DNA of 64,000 nt from assembly GCA_977017645.1 (NCBI GenBank), contig OZ360228.1:23126001-23190000 (forward strand), given 5' to 3'. The position numbers and the translations under genes are program-made. The notes below the pieces were generated by a model that made no database searches, was not told where the DNA came from, and saw nothing but the letters and a program-made list of their open reading frames with translations. Below are positions 50,961 through 63,580 of this stretch, piece by piece (position 1 is the stretch's first letter; each line of letters starts with the position of its first letter). Origin of the DNA: Torpedo marmorata. Its lineage: Eukaryota.

Positions 50961-51538
50961 CGCGAGTTTTCATCGAGAATGCACCGCGAAAGATGGAGAT
51001 TCACCGAGAGCAATTTGTGCATTGGGGCTGTCAAATATTATTTGGTGCACTGTCGCATTTGGGCTTATTTGCAGCATCAAAATAAATGCAATAATAAGGA
51101 TGCAGAGACGGTCTCTGAGACTGGAATGGAGTTCGCTGCAGTGGGAATACCTTGCATTGCTGCTAGGTATTGCAACGGTGCATCGAGGATTTGGGGTTGG
51201 GTGTACGGGGTCACAGCCAAAATCAGCAGCAAGCACAGAGCTTGGATATGCTGAGCGCCAGTGGATGGGCTTGCGGGAGTTGGAACTTTGCAAATTGAAT
51301 GCAGTGGAAGAAAGTGAGTTGGAGGAAAGATTACCAGCTGAACCGTGTTGTTGTAAGAACGTGCGAGAAGATGGGTGTGGGAGGAAATGGAATCCAGAAC
51401 CACAGAAACAGCAGCGAGGGAAGATGTAACTTGACCTCAGCTGGAACGTTATGGCCATTTCTAAGCACGGCGCCAAAGATCTGGAGAGGGTGCAGAACAG
51501 ATTTACCAGTTATGTTCCAAGGATGAGACATTCTAGAG

Positions 51539-51701
51539 CAGGGATGGGCAACTTTTTAATTTAGACATACAGCACGGTAACAGGCCATTTCAGCCCACGA
51601 GTCCGTGCTGCCCAATTAACCTACACCCCCGGTATGTACTGGTGGGCCGAAATGGCCTGTTATCATGCTGAATGTCTAAATTAAAAGGTTACCCACCCCT
51701 G
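51539..51701. mobile_element. Palindromic hAT/Charlie-type MITE with SINE-tail arms; TSD ttctagag/ttctagac
   Basis: Termini cagggatgggcaac / gttacccacccctg; 8-bp TSD matching 7/8. Confidence 0.8.
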
Positions 51702-52008
51702 TTCTAGACAGACCAGAAAACTTGTTTATTTTTCCTCAGAGCAGGGAAGGCTGAAAGGAGATTTGATGGAGGTGTTTAAAAATAATGAAAATTTGACGTT
51801 GAATTAAAAAATAATCCAGTTGGTGAGGAGAGACGGAGATGTAGCGTGAGAATCACGCGTCAGAGGTCAGCGTTTGGAATGTGCCGTCTGATGGAGAGCT
51901 GCTTCATGTTCAAGTGGCTGCTGAGTAATGTCTTGATAGACAGGAAGCAACAGGGATGTGGGAGGGGGTGGTCTGAGCCAACTTTTGTACTGTTCTCTGG
52001 GGTCTCCT

Positions 52009-52360
52009 CAGGACCGGATTAAGGCCAACTGATGCCCTAAGCACAGCCCAACAATGGTTCCCCCTCGACCCTTCCTTCCATTGTCTAACTGACAAGACAT
52101 TAAGACTCAATAAGTGCTGAATGTGAAATAATAGATTAAAAATTCAGTTTTCTTCCAGGCCAGACCCCACAACTATATTAAATATAACCTGTATATATAT
52201 ATATGTTTTTTTCATTTATTTTTGGGGGCCCCCTTTTTGTGGGGCCCTAGTTCAGCTGCACCATGGTAAATCCAGCACTGTAAAAAAACCTCTGTGGTGC
52301 CCCCTTCCCTTGGTGCCCTAAAGCACGTGCTTATTTCGCTTAATGGTTAATCCAGGCCTG
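52009..52360. mobile_element. hAT-type MITE; TIR cagg(a/c)c(c/t)ggattaa; TSD ggtctcct/cgtctcct
   Basis: 14-bp imperfect terminal inverted repeats (TIRs) and an 8-bp TSD matching 7/8. Confidence 0.8.
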
Positions 52361-53219
52361 CGTCTCCTGATCACGTTGAGAGCGTACCAGCTCACAGCAC
52401 AATGTGCAGAGATCAGCACTCCCAACACTGGGGCTGAGATGTACATTGGGTCGACTTCGGGAGACCTGCTGACCAGGGAGACAGCCTTAAACCTCGTGGC
52501 ATAAACCAGTGGTTTTTACAACTTGAGGTCTCTATCTCCAGTCTCCCACCTTTTGTCCTAAACCCTATCACCTCAGCCTTCCCCTAAGTTCTTTGCTCCT
52601 TTATATACGTAATATCACCTCTTAATTTAGTCTCGATGACCTTCCTGACTAGAAATATTGACCAACCATTTCTACCCATGGATGCTGCTGAGTTCCTCCA
52701 GCAGCTCACTGCTTGCTCAAGATCCCAGCATCTGCAGGATATGTGCCTCATTCAGCACCCACTTCAGTGACTGACGTACAGCGTGCTATCGTGGTGGAGA
52801 AAATCTCTGGAAGAGAGAAGGCATTTTGTGCTGGAGGTACAGGGAGCGAGCTCAGCCCCAGGTCTGGAGACTACCTCTGGGGTTCAGCCCAGTGGGACAA
52901 GGGGGAGGGAAAGAAACACAGGGTCTCAGTTTAGCGAGGGAGCAGTCATCTGCAGGGGCTGAGGAGACATGGAAGGGGGCTTTAAGGAGACAAAGGAGTT
53001 GAAGGTAATCTCAGCAAGGTAGGGTGATCGCAGAGAGGGAAGCAGCCATGGCAGAGAAGATGGAGTTCCACCGTTCGTTGATTCAGGCATCTCTGGTGAT
53101 GAATGGTGAGTCTTCGCTTGCCCCTGTCACACTCCAGGGTCACCCTCAAGGATCCATTCCTTCCCTCTCTGTGTTCCTGTTGGACGTGGATCTTGGAGGT
53201 TACTCATTCCAACCCCAGG

Positions 53220-53640
53220 ACATGACTGCAGGAGTTCCTCGGAGAAGTATCCGAGACACAGCCATCTTCAGCTGCTTCACCAACCACCACACTTCCGCCA
53301 AAAGGCCAGAAGTTGGGATGTTCACGATTGCACAGTGTTCCATTCACAACTTCTCAGCAAATGAAGCAACCCCCAACAAGGCCTCAGTGACATTCAGGTA
53401 GGGGCTGATAAGTGGCAAGCAACAGCCAATAAGAGAGAGTCCAACCACCTGCCCTTGACCTTCAATGGCACTCCTATTGCTAAGACCCCACCATCAATAA
53501 TCTGAGGGTCACCATTGGACAGAAACATAAATTGGAACACTGTATGACTACCGTGGTTACAAGAGCAGGTCAATGGGTGATCCTGCGGTGATTGAGTTAC
53601 CCCCTGACTCCACGAAGGTACATCCGGAGTGTGATGGACT
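53220..53640 (+). mobile_element. Old degenerate LINE RT fragment
   Basis: AGVP....IFSCF...EVGMF, resembling GVPQGS...MFADD. Confidence 0.6.
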
Positions 53641-54915
53641 GAAACCAGAGCAAAAAAAAACTGCAGATGTCGGAAATCTGAGACAAAATCAGAGATTGCT
53701 GGAAGTATTCGGCAGGTCAGGGCAGCACCTGTGGAAAGAGAAATCTGACTTTTTGGGTCAAGGACCCATCAGCAGAAGTGGAAAACTGAGAAGACAAGTG
53801 TGTTTTAAGTTGTAGAGAGGGGGAGGAGAGGAGAGAACAGAAAGGAATGCCTGTGATAGGGCGCAGAACATGGTGGCAGATGGAGACATAAATAAAAAGA
53901 CACAACTTGAAACAGAGGTTCAGCCACATCTGTGGAGGAGAAAGAGAGGATACCTAAAATGGTCAACTATTCAATATGGTACCACTGCTGGACTCACATT
54001 GACACTGGCTGTCATTTCAAGAAAATTGTTAATGTGACATTAACATTTTTTGAAATCACACATTGATACTAAGCAGCCTACAATGTTAGTTTAAAATGGC
54101 CAAATTAGAGTTGAACACTCCATCTAATGACACAACATAATCTTTCCCCAGCTCTAATAATTCCGGCTCTAGTTAAAGAGATCATCAGCTCTTTGTGGAT
54201 TGCTCCCTATCGAGTATGGCTTTGATTCAAAGATTTGATGCTTTTGAGAATCTTTAATCCTTCGACTGCACTGGAAAAGTGAGAATTGAATTAAATTATG
54301 TCTTGCACATAATGAAGAGGTATGGATACAGTCCAAAATATTGGACTACACTGAAGGTGAAAAAACTTCTAAAAAATCTCTTTCCCAAGCCTTCTTTATT
54401 TTATCCACATGCTGTATCACATTTTCTTTTAAAAGGTTATAAAATACTGACAATGGTTTTGGTATATCAGGAGTGATAGTAAAAACCTTTTCTATGATTA
54501 CTAACTTTAAATGTAAAGGAAACTCCAATCTGAAGGAAATTATAAAATTCCTAACTTGAAAGTATCTAAAATAATTGTTTCTAGATAAGTTATACTTATT
54601 AACCAACTGTTCAAAAGTAATAAAATTAGAATCTATAAACAAGTTTTTAAATGAACATATACCGTGATCTTGCCAAATCTGGAACCCTCTATCCCCACTA
54701 GCTGGGGTAAAAAAGGTATTGAAATTTATTGTACTATCAAGCAAGAAATTAAGGAAATTATTTGCTTTTCTGAATTGGAACCATATTTTTAACGTTTGTT
54801 TAACTATCTTGTTATTAGAAATTTTGGAATATTTAAAGGGTGAAGGCATTCCTAATATGGATACTAATCATAATATCCATACCTCTTCATTATGTGCAAG
54901 ACATAATTTAATTCA

Positions 54916-55285
54916 TGGAAAAAATTACATATAGTCTTAGAAATTAATACGATAATTTTGTTAAAGTGTGGCAACCGTACTTGGAGCACATTGGTGCTCA
55001 GTTGTAATCAAACCCCTGAGGTATGGTATAATGTAATGTATAATTATTTTAAGGGTGTGTCATCCCCAAATACTTGGATAATAGTTGTAAGCACTGACGG
55101 TACGTTTAGTTTTCTTTTCCTTTTTTTCTTCTGTTTTGGTTTTATTCTTTTTGGGTGGGGGAGGGAGGGTTAAGGGGCGTGATGTATTCTGTACTTGATA
55201 CGTTTGAAATTTATGTATGTTCGTGATTGTTGATTAATGTTTTGTGAAAATTTTGAAAATGAAAAATAAAATATTTTTTTTAAAA
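54916..55285 (+). mobile_element. Short L1 3' end of another family, nested, with 18-bp TSD
   Basis: TSD aagacataatttaattca at 54898-54915 and 55286-55303; EKITYSLRN...FVKVWQPYL. Confidence 0.9.
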
Positions 55286-55979
55286 AAGACATAATTTAAT
55301 TCAATTCAAAGTAGTTCACAGAGCTCATTATTCGAAATCTTTACAGGCTAAATTTTCATCAAATATATCATCTATGTGTGATAGATGTAATGTTCATGAA
55401 GGTACATTATTTCACATGTTTTGGTTGTGCCCTAAGTTAGTTAGATTTTGGAACATTTTTTGTACTCTTTCTTTGGTTTTAGCTACTCAATTAGATCCAA
55501 ATCCATTTATAGCAATATTTGGTATAAATGATCCTAGTAATCATGATCTTACTAATAATCAAAAACATGTGATTGCTTTTTCATCTCTGGTTTCAAGGCG
55601 ACAGATCTTGCTAAAATGGAAGGATGGTAATCCTCCTATCTATGAAGATTGGCTATCAAGTTTAATGTCCTATTTAACATTAGAAAAGATTAGATGTTCA
55701 AATATTAAATTAAACCTAACATTTACTAATATTTGGGGTTCCTTTGTCGACTATTATCAGAGTTTATGATTCCTCATGATTTGAAGTTATATTATTTCTA
55801 CAGGTCAGTGCAATTCTGGGGTGGGGGTAGGTGGTAGGCTAGTTTAGATTGCTTTAGCTTTTATAAAAAAATGTATTATCATGAAATTACTATATTATCT
55901 TTTTTGTGGTTTGGTTCTTTTTATACCTATTGGTATTATAATACTAAATTGTAAAGAAAAAAAATTGATATATATCTGT

Positions 55980-56810
55980 TCTGTGCTTCTTGCGTAATGG
56001 CGGCGCTGCCGGAGCTGCTGTAACGGCAGCACTGCCGCTGGTGCGGACCCGTGGGGAGCGAGGGAGCGGAGATACAGCGCTCCTGCGGGGTCCAGTCGAC
56101 TGCCATCGGTTCCGCACGGGCTTTGAACGGCCCGTTAAAGGAGCCGACGGTGGTTTTATTTACGATCCCGCCCAAGATGGCAGCGCCTTTTAACCGGCAG
56201 CAGCCACGAGGGGCTGCAGTCTCTGGGGAAACGGAGGACTGGAGCAGGGCACCAGAGGACGGGAAGATCACCCCCCGTCTGAGAAGGAGAAGCGGAGGAG
56301 ACGACCCACGGGACGGTGACCACAGCGGCGGACCGGTGAGGGGCTCTGAGGCTGAAGGACCAGTGCATGCGGCGGGCTGCTGGCGACTCGAGGCGAGGAA
56401 CCCGCGGAGGCTATGGGCTGCTGGAGACTGCTGTCGGGGGACTCACGCCGGGCTGCGGACTGCTGTTGGCAGGCTCGAACTGGCTGGAGGAGTACCAGGT
56501 ATCGGAACCGGGATGCGAGAGGGTGCCGAGGGCGACCTGACCGTGTCGGATATTCAGATCTTGAGCTCGTGATGCCGATGGTTTGGACCGGACTCTGTGT
56601 GGCTGCAGAAGCGCTGGAGGCGAATCTATGGACACTCGGTGACTCTGGGGGGACTCTCTTTTGCTTCTCTTTCTCTGACTGTAAGGAATGTTGGAGGCGC
56701 TTAGGCAATTTCTGCCAGTGGCGAATCTGTCTGCCTTGCAGCAGGCAAAAAGAAATTTCATGTAATATGACACTGTCTTGTTACTATGACAATAAATTGA
56801 ATCTTGAATC
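55980..56810 (+). mobile_element. GC-rich non-autonomous retroposon inserted into the L1 3'UTR
   Basis: Interrupts tatatctgt|aatgtatactc, which is intact at ~31071-31090; tail aataaattgaatcttgaatc. Confidence 0.85.
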
Positions 56811-57114
56811 TAATGTATACTCTGTTATGGATGAATTAATGGAACATGTGATAATGTTTTTCTTTGCTTTTTTCTGTAAACGTATATAGTGAATGAACTT
56901 ATATCCATGATTTTATGGAATTAAAGAGATTTTTAAAAAAAGGAAAAGTGAGAAGACATTTTACACTGTTGAGGGAGGAGGGGATGTGAGAACAGAAGGG
57001 AATGTCTGTGATAGGACGCAGAACACAGTTGTCAAGGCAACAATTACCTTAAAAACGCAGATGAGACAGAAAAATAAAAAGAAAGAAAAGAAACAGAAGT
57101 ATAGCCACATATGG

Positions 57115-57360
57115 ATGGAGAGAGAGTGGGCAGCGGAGAGAGAGAGAGGGGGAGGGTGAGAGAGAGAGAGAGAGAGAGGGGGAGAAAGAGAGAGGGGGAG
57201 AAAGAGAGAGGGGGAGAGAGAGAGGGGGGAGAGAGAGTGAGAGTGAGGAAGAGAGCGAGTGAGATTGAGAGGGAGAGAGTGAGTGGGAGAGAGAGAGGGA
57301 GGGAGAAAGACCGAGAGAGGGTGAGGGAGAGAGACAGAGAGAGGGAAAGAGAGAGAGAAG
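57115..57360. repeat. Imperfect (GA)n microsatellite
   Basis: Direct inspection. Confidence 0.95.
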
Positions 57361-60300
57361 TGACAGCTCCATGAAATCCATGGGGAGGTTGGAGGGGAGG
57401 TGGGGTGTGAATTGATACCAACTCTACGATTTCAGAAAATGTTAGCGTGTCCCGGTAGCAATTTTCCTGAACTGCCAGCACAGCTTAACCGCTTGGCAGC
57501 AACCTGCAGTGATTTACAACTGGGAAGACAAGAGACTGGAGTTGCTGGAATCTGGAACAAAGCAACAGAAGGGTGAAAGAGCTCAGCACCTGTTGAGATG
57601 TGGTGGTGAGGGTACAGGCAACAGATTAGAAGGGTTCAGGGAGTGACAAGCCTGGGCGCGCGTTAGTAGTAAAAATGTGGAATTTGTTTACAAATGGGAA
57701 GCAAGTATGAAACAGGAGGCAGCACGCCCTCACGCAAACTAATCTCGTGAGCATGCAGGTTACCTGAGCTGCAGTTACCTACGGAAGGTAAAGAACCACT
57801 GAGGAGTAAAATAAACAGTCCCTGCCACCCTCCCACATGTAGAGGCACTACACACAGATGACAGCTCTCCAGCTATCCTACAAATGTACAAGTTAAGCCT
57901 GGTGAACCGCGATGGTCTCCCAGGTGAACCCCCACCCCTCGTGGCACACACCTCACCATTGGTCGTCCGGCACTGCCAGTGAATCACTGCCAGGATTGGG
58001 CTTGGGGTAGCCCCAAACGAGAGTGAGTCCTGCACATCTTCTATGTATAAACCTGGGGATGGAGGGCGTCCCAGGTATTGAGTTGCGTGACTCAGGTAAG
58101 GAGGATGACCAATGGCGTCGGCTGTGGGCCACCTGATATCCATGGAGATGGGGGAATTGACTTGCAGCCTATTTCCTGTCTGACCGGAGAGGTTACCCTC
58201 CGAGTTGCATGAAACCCTTCAACTATGGGAGTGACCTTTCCCTTTCCCCTATCCCCTCAGCCCTGACGCAGGGTATTGACTGGAAAGGCTGGCCTGCACC
58301 TTTTGCCTCCACAGCCGCTGATTGACCTGCTGAGCTCCTCCAACGTCTGTTTATTATTGGTGGGAAGTTCCTGCTGCCTCAGATCCATGACAGTGGATGC
58401 CATGGAACTCACTGCCATGTTGGTGGAAAGTAACTTCCCTGATTCCCTCTGCCACTGCCACAAATGACTCCAAATGTTGGCCTGTGGGACCAGAGCACAG
58501 GCTACACTGCCCTCCCACTCCTGTGGATATCAGTCACGGTTGCCTGAGGTTCTGCTGGACAGGCTGAAGGGTCCTGAGGGTAGGTCTGGAACAAGGGCAA
58601 GGTTAGAGAGCTGCAGTCCACTCCCAACAACTAGGCCCAGGGCTGCAGAAGGCAGCCTCGGAGCTCCTTCACCTGAGTGGGGAGGTTGGGAGATTTCCCA
58701 TCTGCACACCCTCCCAAGACTTCTCAGGAGTCTGAACAAAGGGAAGCTGGAGGGACTCAGTGGGCCAGGAGAGGAATGGTCAGTCAGCGATTCGGTTTCG
58801 GACTCTTTATCATTTGTCAGTCTCTATAAAGGGCCGCAACCCAAAGTGCTGTCTGACCATTTCTCCCCGGGGGACACTGCCTCACCTGCTGACTCCCTCC
58901 AGCTTGTCTTCGTCCACTCGAGGTTCCAGCACCTGCAGTTCTCGTGTTCCTCCAGACCTCTACAGCCAAGCATAGCCCTGCTCCTCGGTCCCAGCCTGAC
59001 TCCTGTGTCTTTGCATCTTGTTCAAACCACTGGCAGTCTCAGTCCATCCATCAACCATTATCTCTCCAGTGCTATTGTAACAAGACCCTGACTAATAGGG
59101 ATAATTACACTGAGCTGTTCAACGTAAAAAATCACCGGGGGGGTTTTCTATTAATAAATCACTGGTGGTAGATTCTGTTGTGACACGAACATGAATTAGT
59201 AAAACAATCTATACTGGATGCAGACCCTTTATGAAGCTGTCCATTATCTTCAGACACTGTTAATAAAGCTTGAGACTAAAAAAAACACAGAAACACACAC
59301 TGCTTCCTTTAAAGGAATCGGATTGCATTAAAATGCAAGGGATATCGATTGTCTTTGGGCCTCTGTGCGTTGCATTAGCCACCCAGTCGGTCACCCGATG
59401 GGGAGCTGGCAGGAGTGAGCTGCCCCATCTTTAAGCACACGTTCAGAGCACTGTCTTCAGGTGTGTTCACAGTGAAGCTCAGGTTGCCCTGACCAGTGGT
59501 AGGACTTCAAAAAAGGGCGTGTTCTTCCCAACACTCCGGACGATACCCCTCTGTCGATATCACTGGCAGATTACCCGGTCATTATATTTCTTTTTGATTC
59601 GTTTTCTGGGATCTGGGTGCAGCCTGCAGATGGGTGACCTGGAGATGGTGCTCCCGCAGCGCGGGCGTGGGAGTTCCAGGATTCAAACTCAATGTGAAGG
59701 GGGAACCTGCTGGTGGTGGTGTACCCCTGCACCCTCAGCCCCTTTCCCCTCTCGATGGAGGTGCTGGCGGGGTTGCCCGGTGCACTGTGTGGGTGGCTCA
59801 CACTGCAGCCCCTGTGCATCAGTGGGGGGGGGGTGTGGGGGGAATGTTTAGTGGGTGGAGTGGGGCGTCAATCAAGCACCCTGGATGGTGTCGAGCTCCT
59901 TGGGAGGTGTTGGAGCCATACTCACCCAGGCAGGTAGAGAGCACCCATCACCCTCCTGACGTACCCAGCAGAGAGTGGAGGGGCCTTGGGGGTGTCTGGG
60001 GGTGAGCCACTCGCTGCAGGATACCCAGCCACTGCCCTCGATGGTTTTTCCGGGAGCTTGCTGCGCACGTTGCTTGCCTCATTTCATATGTTGTGCTAGA
60101 TTTAAAAACCTGGCTGTAGAGCGCTTTGGAACGTCCTGGAGGCAGCATTAACTCCCAGGCTCAGAACTACAGAAGTGCCCTCGGTCCCTCTCTGAGCTCA
60201 AACACTTGGGGTTGCAAGGTGGTCACTACCTGGGCTGGAACACATTGCCAGAATCCTTCATGTTGGGTACTTTAATCCTCCACACACAAACATAGACACT

Positions 60301-60509
60301 CACAGTTGAACACGGACGGTACAGCAGAGGAACAGGCCCTTCATCCACCTGTCTGTGCCCAACACCGCGTCCAGGTCAAACTAAAACACTGTTGCCACAT
60401 GATCCATATATCTCCATCCTCTGCATATTCATGTGTTTACAGTCTCTTCAATGCTACCATCAAACACAGGCACACACATCATAATCACACTGAGAAACAC
60501 AATTAACCA

Positions 60510-60735
60510 TACACAGACACACACACAAAACTTACTATTACACACAAACACACACACACAGACAAAAACAGACTCCACTACACACACACACACAAACACA
60601 CACAAAGTGATTCCGAAACACACACATACACATGAACAGACTCCATTACACTGACTTTATTACAAACATATGCAAGCAGGCACACAGACACACGCGCACA
60701 CGCACACACACACAGACACGCGCGCACACACACAT
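60510..60735. repeat. Imperfect (CA)n microsatellite
   Basis: Direct inspection. Confidence 0.9.
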
Positions 60736-60994
60736 TTTCTGCCCAAAATCTAGAATTCAATAAGGCAAAATAATTTGCACACACAGCAATCCTACAGCAC
60801 ATCCACAAATGAAGACTGAGGATGCAGATGGTGCTCAACACTGGAGCAGACATCATTACTTATTTACAGGGCACACAGTGGGTAACTTGAACCTCCACTA
60901 AGCTATCTGTTGCCAACGATGGCGTTTGGTGTCGCCAGGTAAAACCTGAGTGCAGAGTCCCATTCTGTCCGATTCCGGCTGCCTCACCATCCCT

Positions 60995-61925
60995 CGATCT
61001 ATGTATACCTCGTTTAGGGCTTTCGCCTTGGAGCACAAAGTACATTCTGGATATAAATTTGGGTGCATTTCCCAGTTGAAGTAACTGTTCTACCTCGTTG
61101 CTTGTAGGTGGAGTCATTGTAGGGCCCCACCTTTCTCGCAGGAAGGATCTTAATTGGAGAAAACAATGAAAGGTTCTATTAGACAAATCATATTTATCTT
61201 TAAGTTGTTCAACGGACATAAGCTGTCCCTTGTCGTAGCAATCTTCAATATATCGAACACCCTTCTGATACCAAACGTTCAATATTTTATTCGTCAAATT
61301 CATGGGCATAAGTTCATTTTGAAACAGAGGTGTGTTGGGGGATATTCCAACTTGTCCTCCAACACACTCATTGATTTCTTGCCAAATTTTAATCATATAT
61401 TTCAGAATGGGGTTGTTCATTCTTTTTGATATTAACTTAGTATTCCATTTGTAAATAAAGTCCTTAGCTATTTTCTCCCCTATAGTATTTAGTCCAATTT
61501 GGACCCATGGAAGGATATCACCCTCCTCAAAAAAGGATGAGAGAAACCTCGACTGGGCTGCTGAGTAATACTTCTTAAAATCTGGTAATCGTTAACCCTC
61601 CAATTTATAATCCCACGTCATCTTTTCCAAGATCTATCTTAGTTAAATCTTTGGGTGACTTTGATTTATATAGTTCTGTATAGAACTGCTTGAAAATATC
61701 ATATATCTCTTTCGGATTATATGATATCTTGTCTGGTCCTAACTGAATCGCGTTAATTGTCCTCGATGTCTCTTCTGCCTTCAATTGCCAAGACAAGACC
61801 TTGTGGGCCCTTTCGCCTAGTTCATAATATTTTTGCTTAGATCTCAAAATAGCTTTCTCCACTTGATACGTTTGTAAAGTGTTGTACTTAAGTTTCTTGT
61901 TTACCAGAATTTGGTATTTTTCCTT
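60995..61925 (-). mobile_element. L1-clade ORF2 internal fragments joined by a deletion
   Basis: KQKYYELGERAHKVLSWQLK; LKDKYDLSNRTFHCFLQLRSF. Confidence 0.85.
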
Positions 61926-62394
61926 TGAGCCAGATTGTTGATATTCGGCTGCCTCACCATTGTCAAGGCCCTGAGCTCTGGAATTCCCCTCTCACCACTG
62001 GCCTGGCATTGATGGGTGATGTGACTTTGATTTTCTCCTCAGGAGGAGGGTCACAAGCTGGGCTGAACCGCCTCCCCCTGCACAGGATGGCCCCATGTCC
62101 CGGCCTTCAGCTCCCAGTCAACCTCCATCTGGGCCACTTCCTATGGATACCTGGGCCTGACGTCTCCAGGGACTGCCCAGTGCGGACACAACCTTGTTCC
62201 TCCCCACAGCGTTCATTGGGAAAGGCTCAGCCCTTGCTGCTGCCATTTATCTGGAGATGGCTGTCCTAAATGGGAGAGAGCGGTTCCGGCCTCAGTACCT
62301 GTGGGCAGAGGGGGGCAGCTGTGGCCCCAGTAGTAGCCCAGCTCCTAGGTTGAAGCTCCCTCCAGAGTCACACCCTGTAGAAACGCTTCAGAAA

Positions 62395-62642
62395 GGCACG
62401 GTTAGCGCAACGCTACCTCGGCGCCAACGACCCAGGTTCGAATCTGGCACTGTCTGTAAGAAGTTTCTACATTCTCCCCGTGAATGCGTGGGTTTCCTCC
62501 AGGTGCTCCAGTTTTTTCCCCATACTTCAAAGACGTACAGGGTTGGTAGGTTAATTAGACACATGGGTGTAATTGGGCGGCACGGGCTTGTGGCTAGAAG
62601 GGCCTGTTACCGTGCTGTATCTCCAAATTAAATTAAATTAAC
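62395..62642 (+). mobile_element. Diverged V-SINE
   Basis: ggttcgaatc B-box, V-domain and tail. Confidence 0.85.
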
Positions 62643-62974
62643 CAACCAAAGGTGCCTCTGCTGTTGATCAGAGGAATGACACTGGTCAGGGTATCACGAG
62701 AAGTTCCTCCTCCACTTTACATCCATGTCACTCACTGACCTCGGGACCTGAACATTTATGCCCTCCACCCCAGCTTCTCTGAGCTGGAAGGCCAGCCTAA
62801 TGTTGCCAGTGAGGCCTGCTCAGAGGGGAGAGTGCTTCTGTCCCTCCTGGGTCCCTCGCAGCCAGGAGCCCCAGGTAGCACAAACCCAACGACGATTTTC
62901 CCCGGCAAGGCACCCAGAGGAAGTGCAGAGAGGTTTAGTCAAAGGGGTAGCAGTGATGAGGGATGAGGAACACA

Positions 62975-63580
62975 GGTAGATAGGGTGGTAAAGAAGGCAC
63001 CGGGCATTCTTCCCTTCATTGGTGTGGAGTATAAAAGTCGGGAAGTCATGATGCAGCTGTATCAAACTTTGATTTGGCCACACTTGGAATGTCAGTTTTG
63101 TTCACCACACTAGAGGACAGCCATGGAGGCTTTGAACTAGGTACAGAAGAGGTTCGCCAGGATATTGCCTGGATTGGAGTGTGTTAGATATAAGGTGAGA
63201 TTGGACAAACTTGGGTTGTTTTCTGTGGAGTGTCAGAGGCTGAGGGGAGACCTGATAGAGTTTATAAAATTCTGGGAGGCACCGATTAGGAAGGCAGACA
63301 GTGCTTTTTGCCTCCAAGAGTAAACGTGTGCTAGAAGGCAGAGGTTTACGGTGAGAGGGGGAAAGTTTAAAGGGGATTTTACACAGAGAGGTGGGTGCTG
63401 GAGGAGGCGGTGGAAGCAGATGCAATGGTGAGGTTTAAGAGGAATTTAGACAGCCATATGAGGAGGCAGGGAATGGAGGGATATAGACAGTGTGCAGGCA
63501 GATGGGATGAGTTTAATTTGGTGCCATTGCCGGCACAGATGTAGGACCGAAGGGCCACTTCCTGTGCTCTGCTATGATCT
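62975..63580 (+). mobile_element. Degenerate CR1 3' fragment
   Basis: aggctgaggggagacctgatagagtttataaaatt; tail ccgaagggccacttcctgtgct. Confidence 0.8.

Larger units (their letters stand above)
54286..56941 (+). mobile_element. 5'-inverted L1 copy (same family as 27806-31213) with 13-bp TSD and two nested insertions
   Basis: TSD ggaaaagtgagaa at 54273-54285 and 56942-56954; ~54286-54867 is the reverse complement of ~29836-30418. Confidence 0.92.

Noticed and set aside
50568-51476. 228-279-aa ORFs across the promoter
   Set aside because: GC-rich promoter sequence with no recognisable protein similarity.
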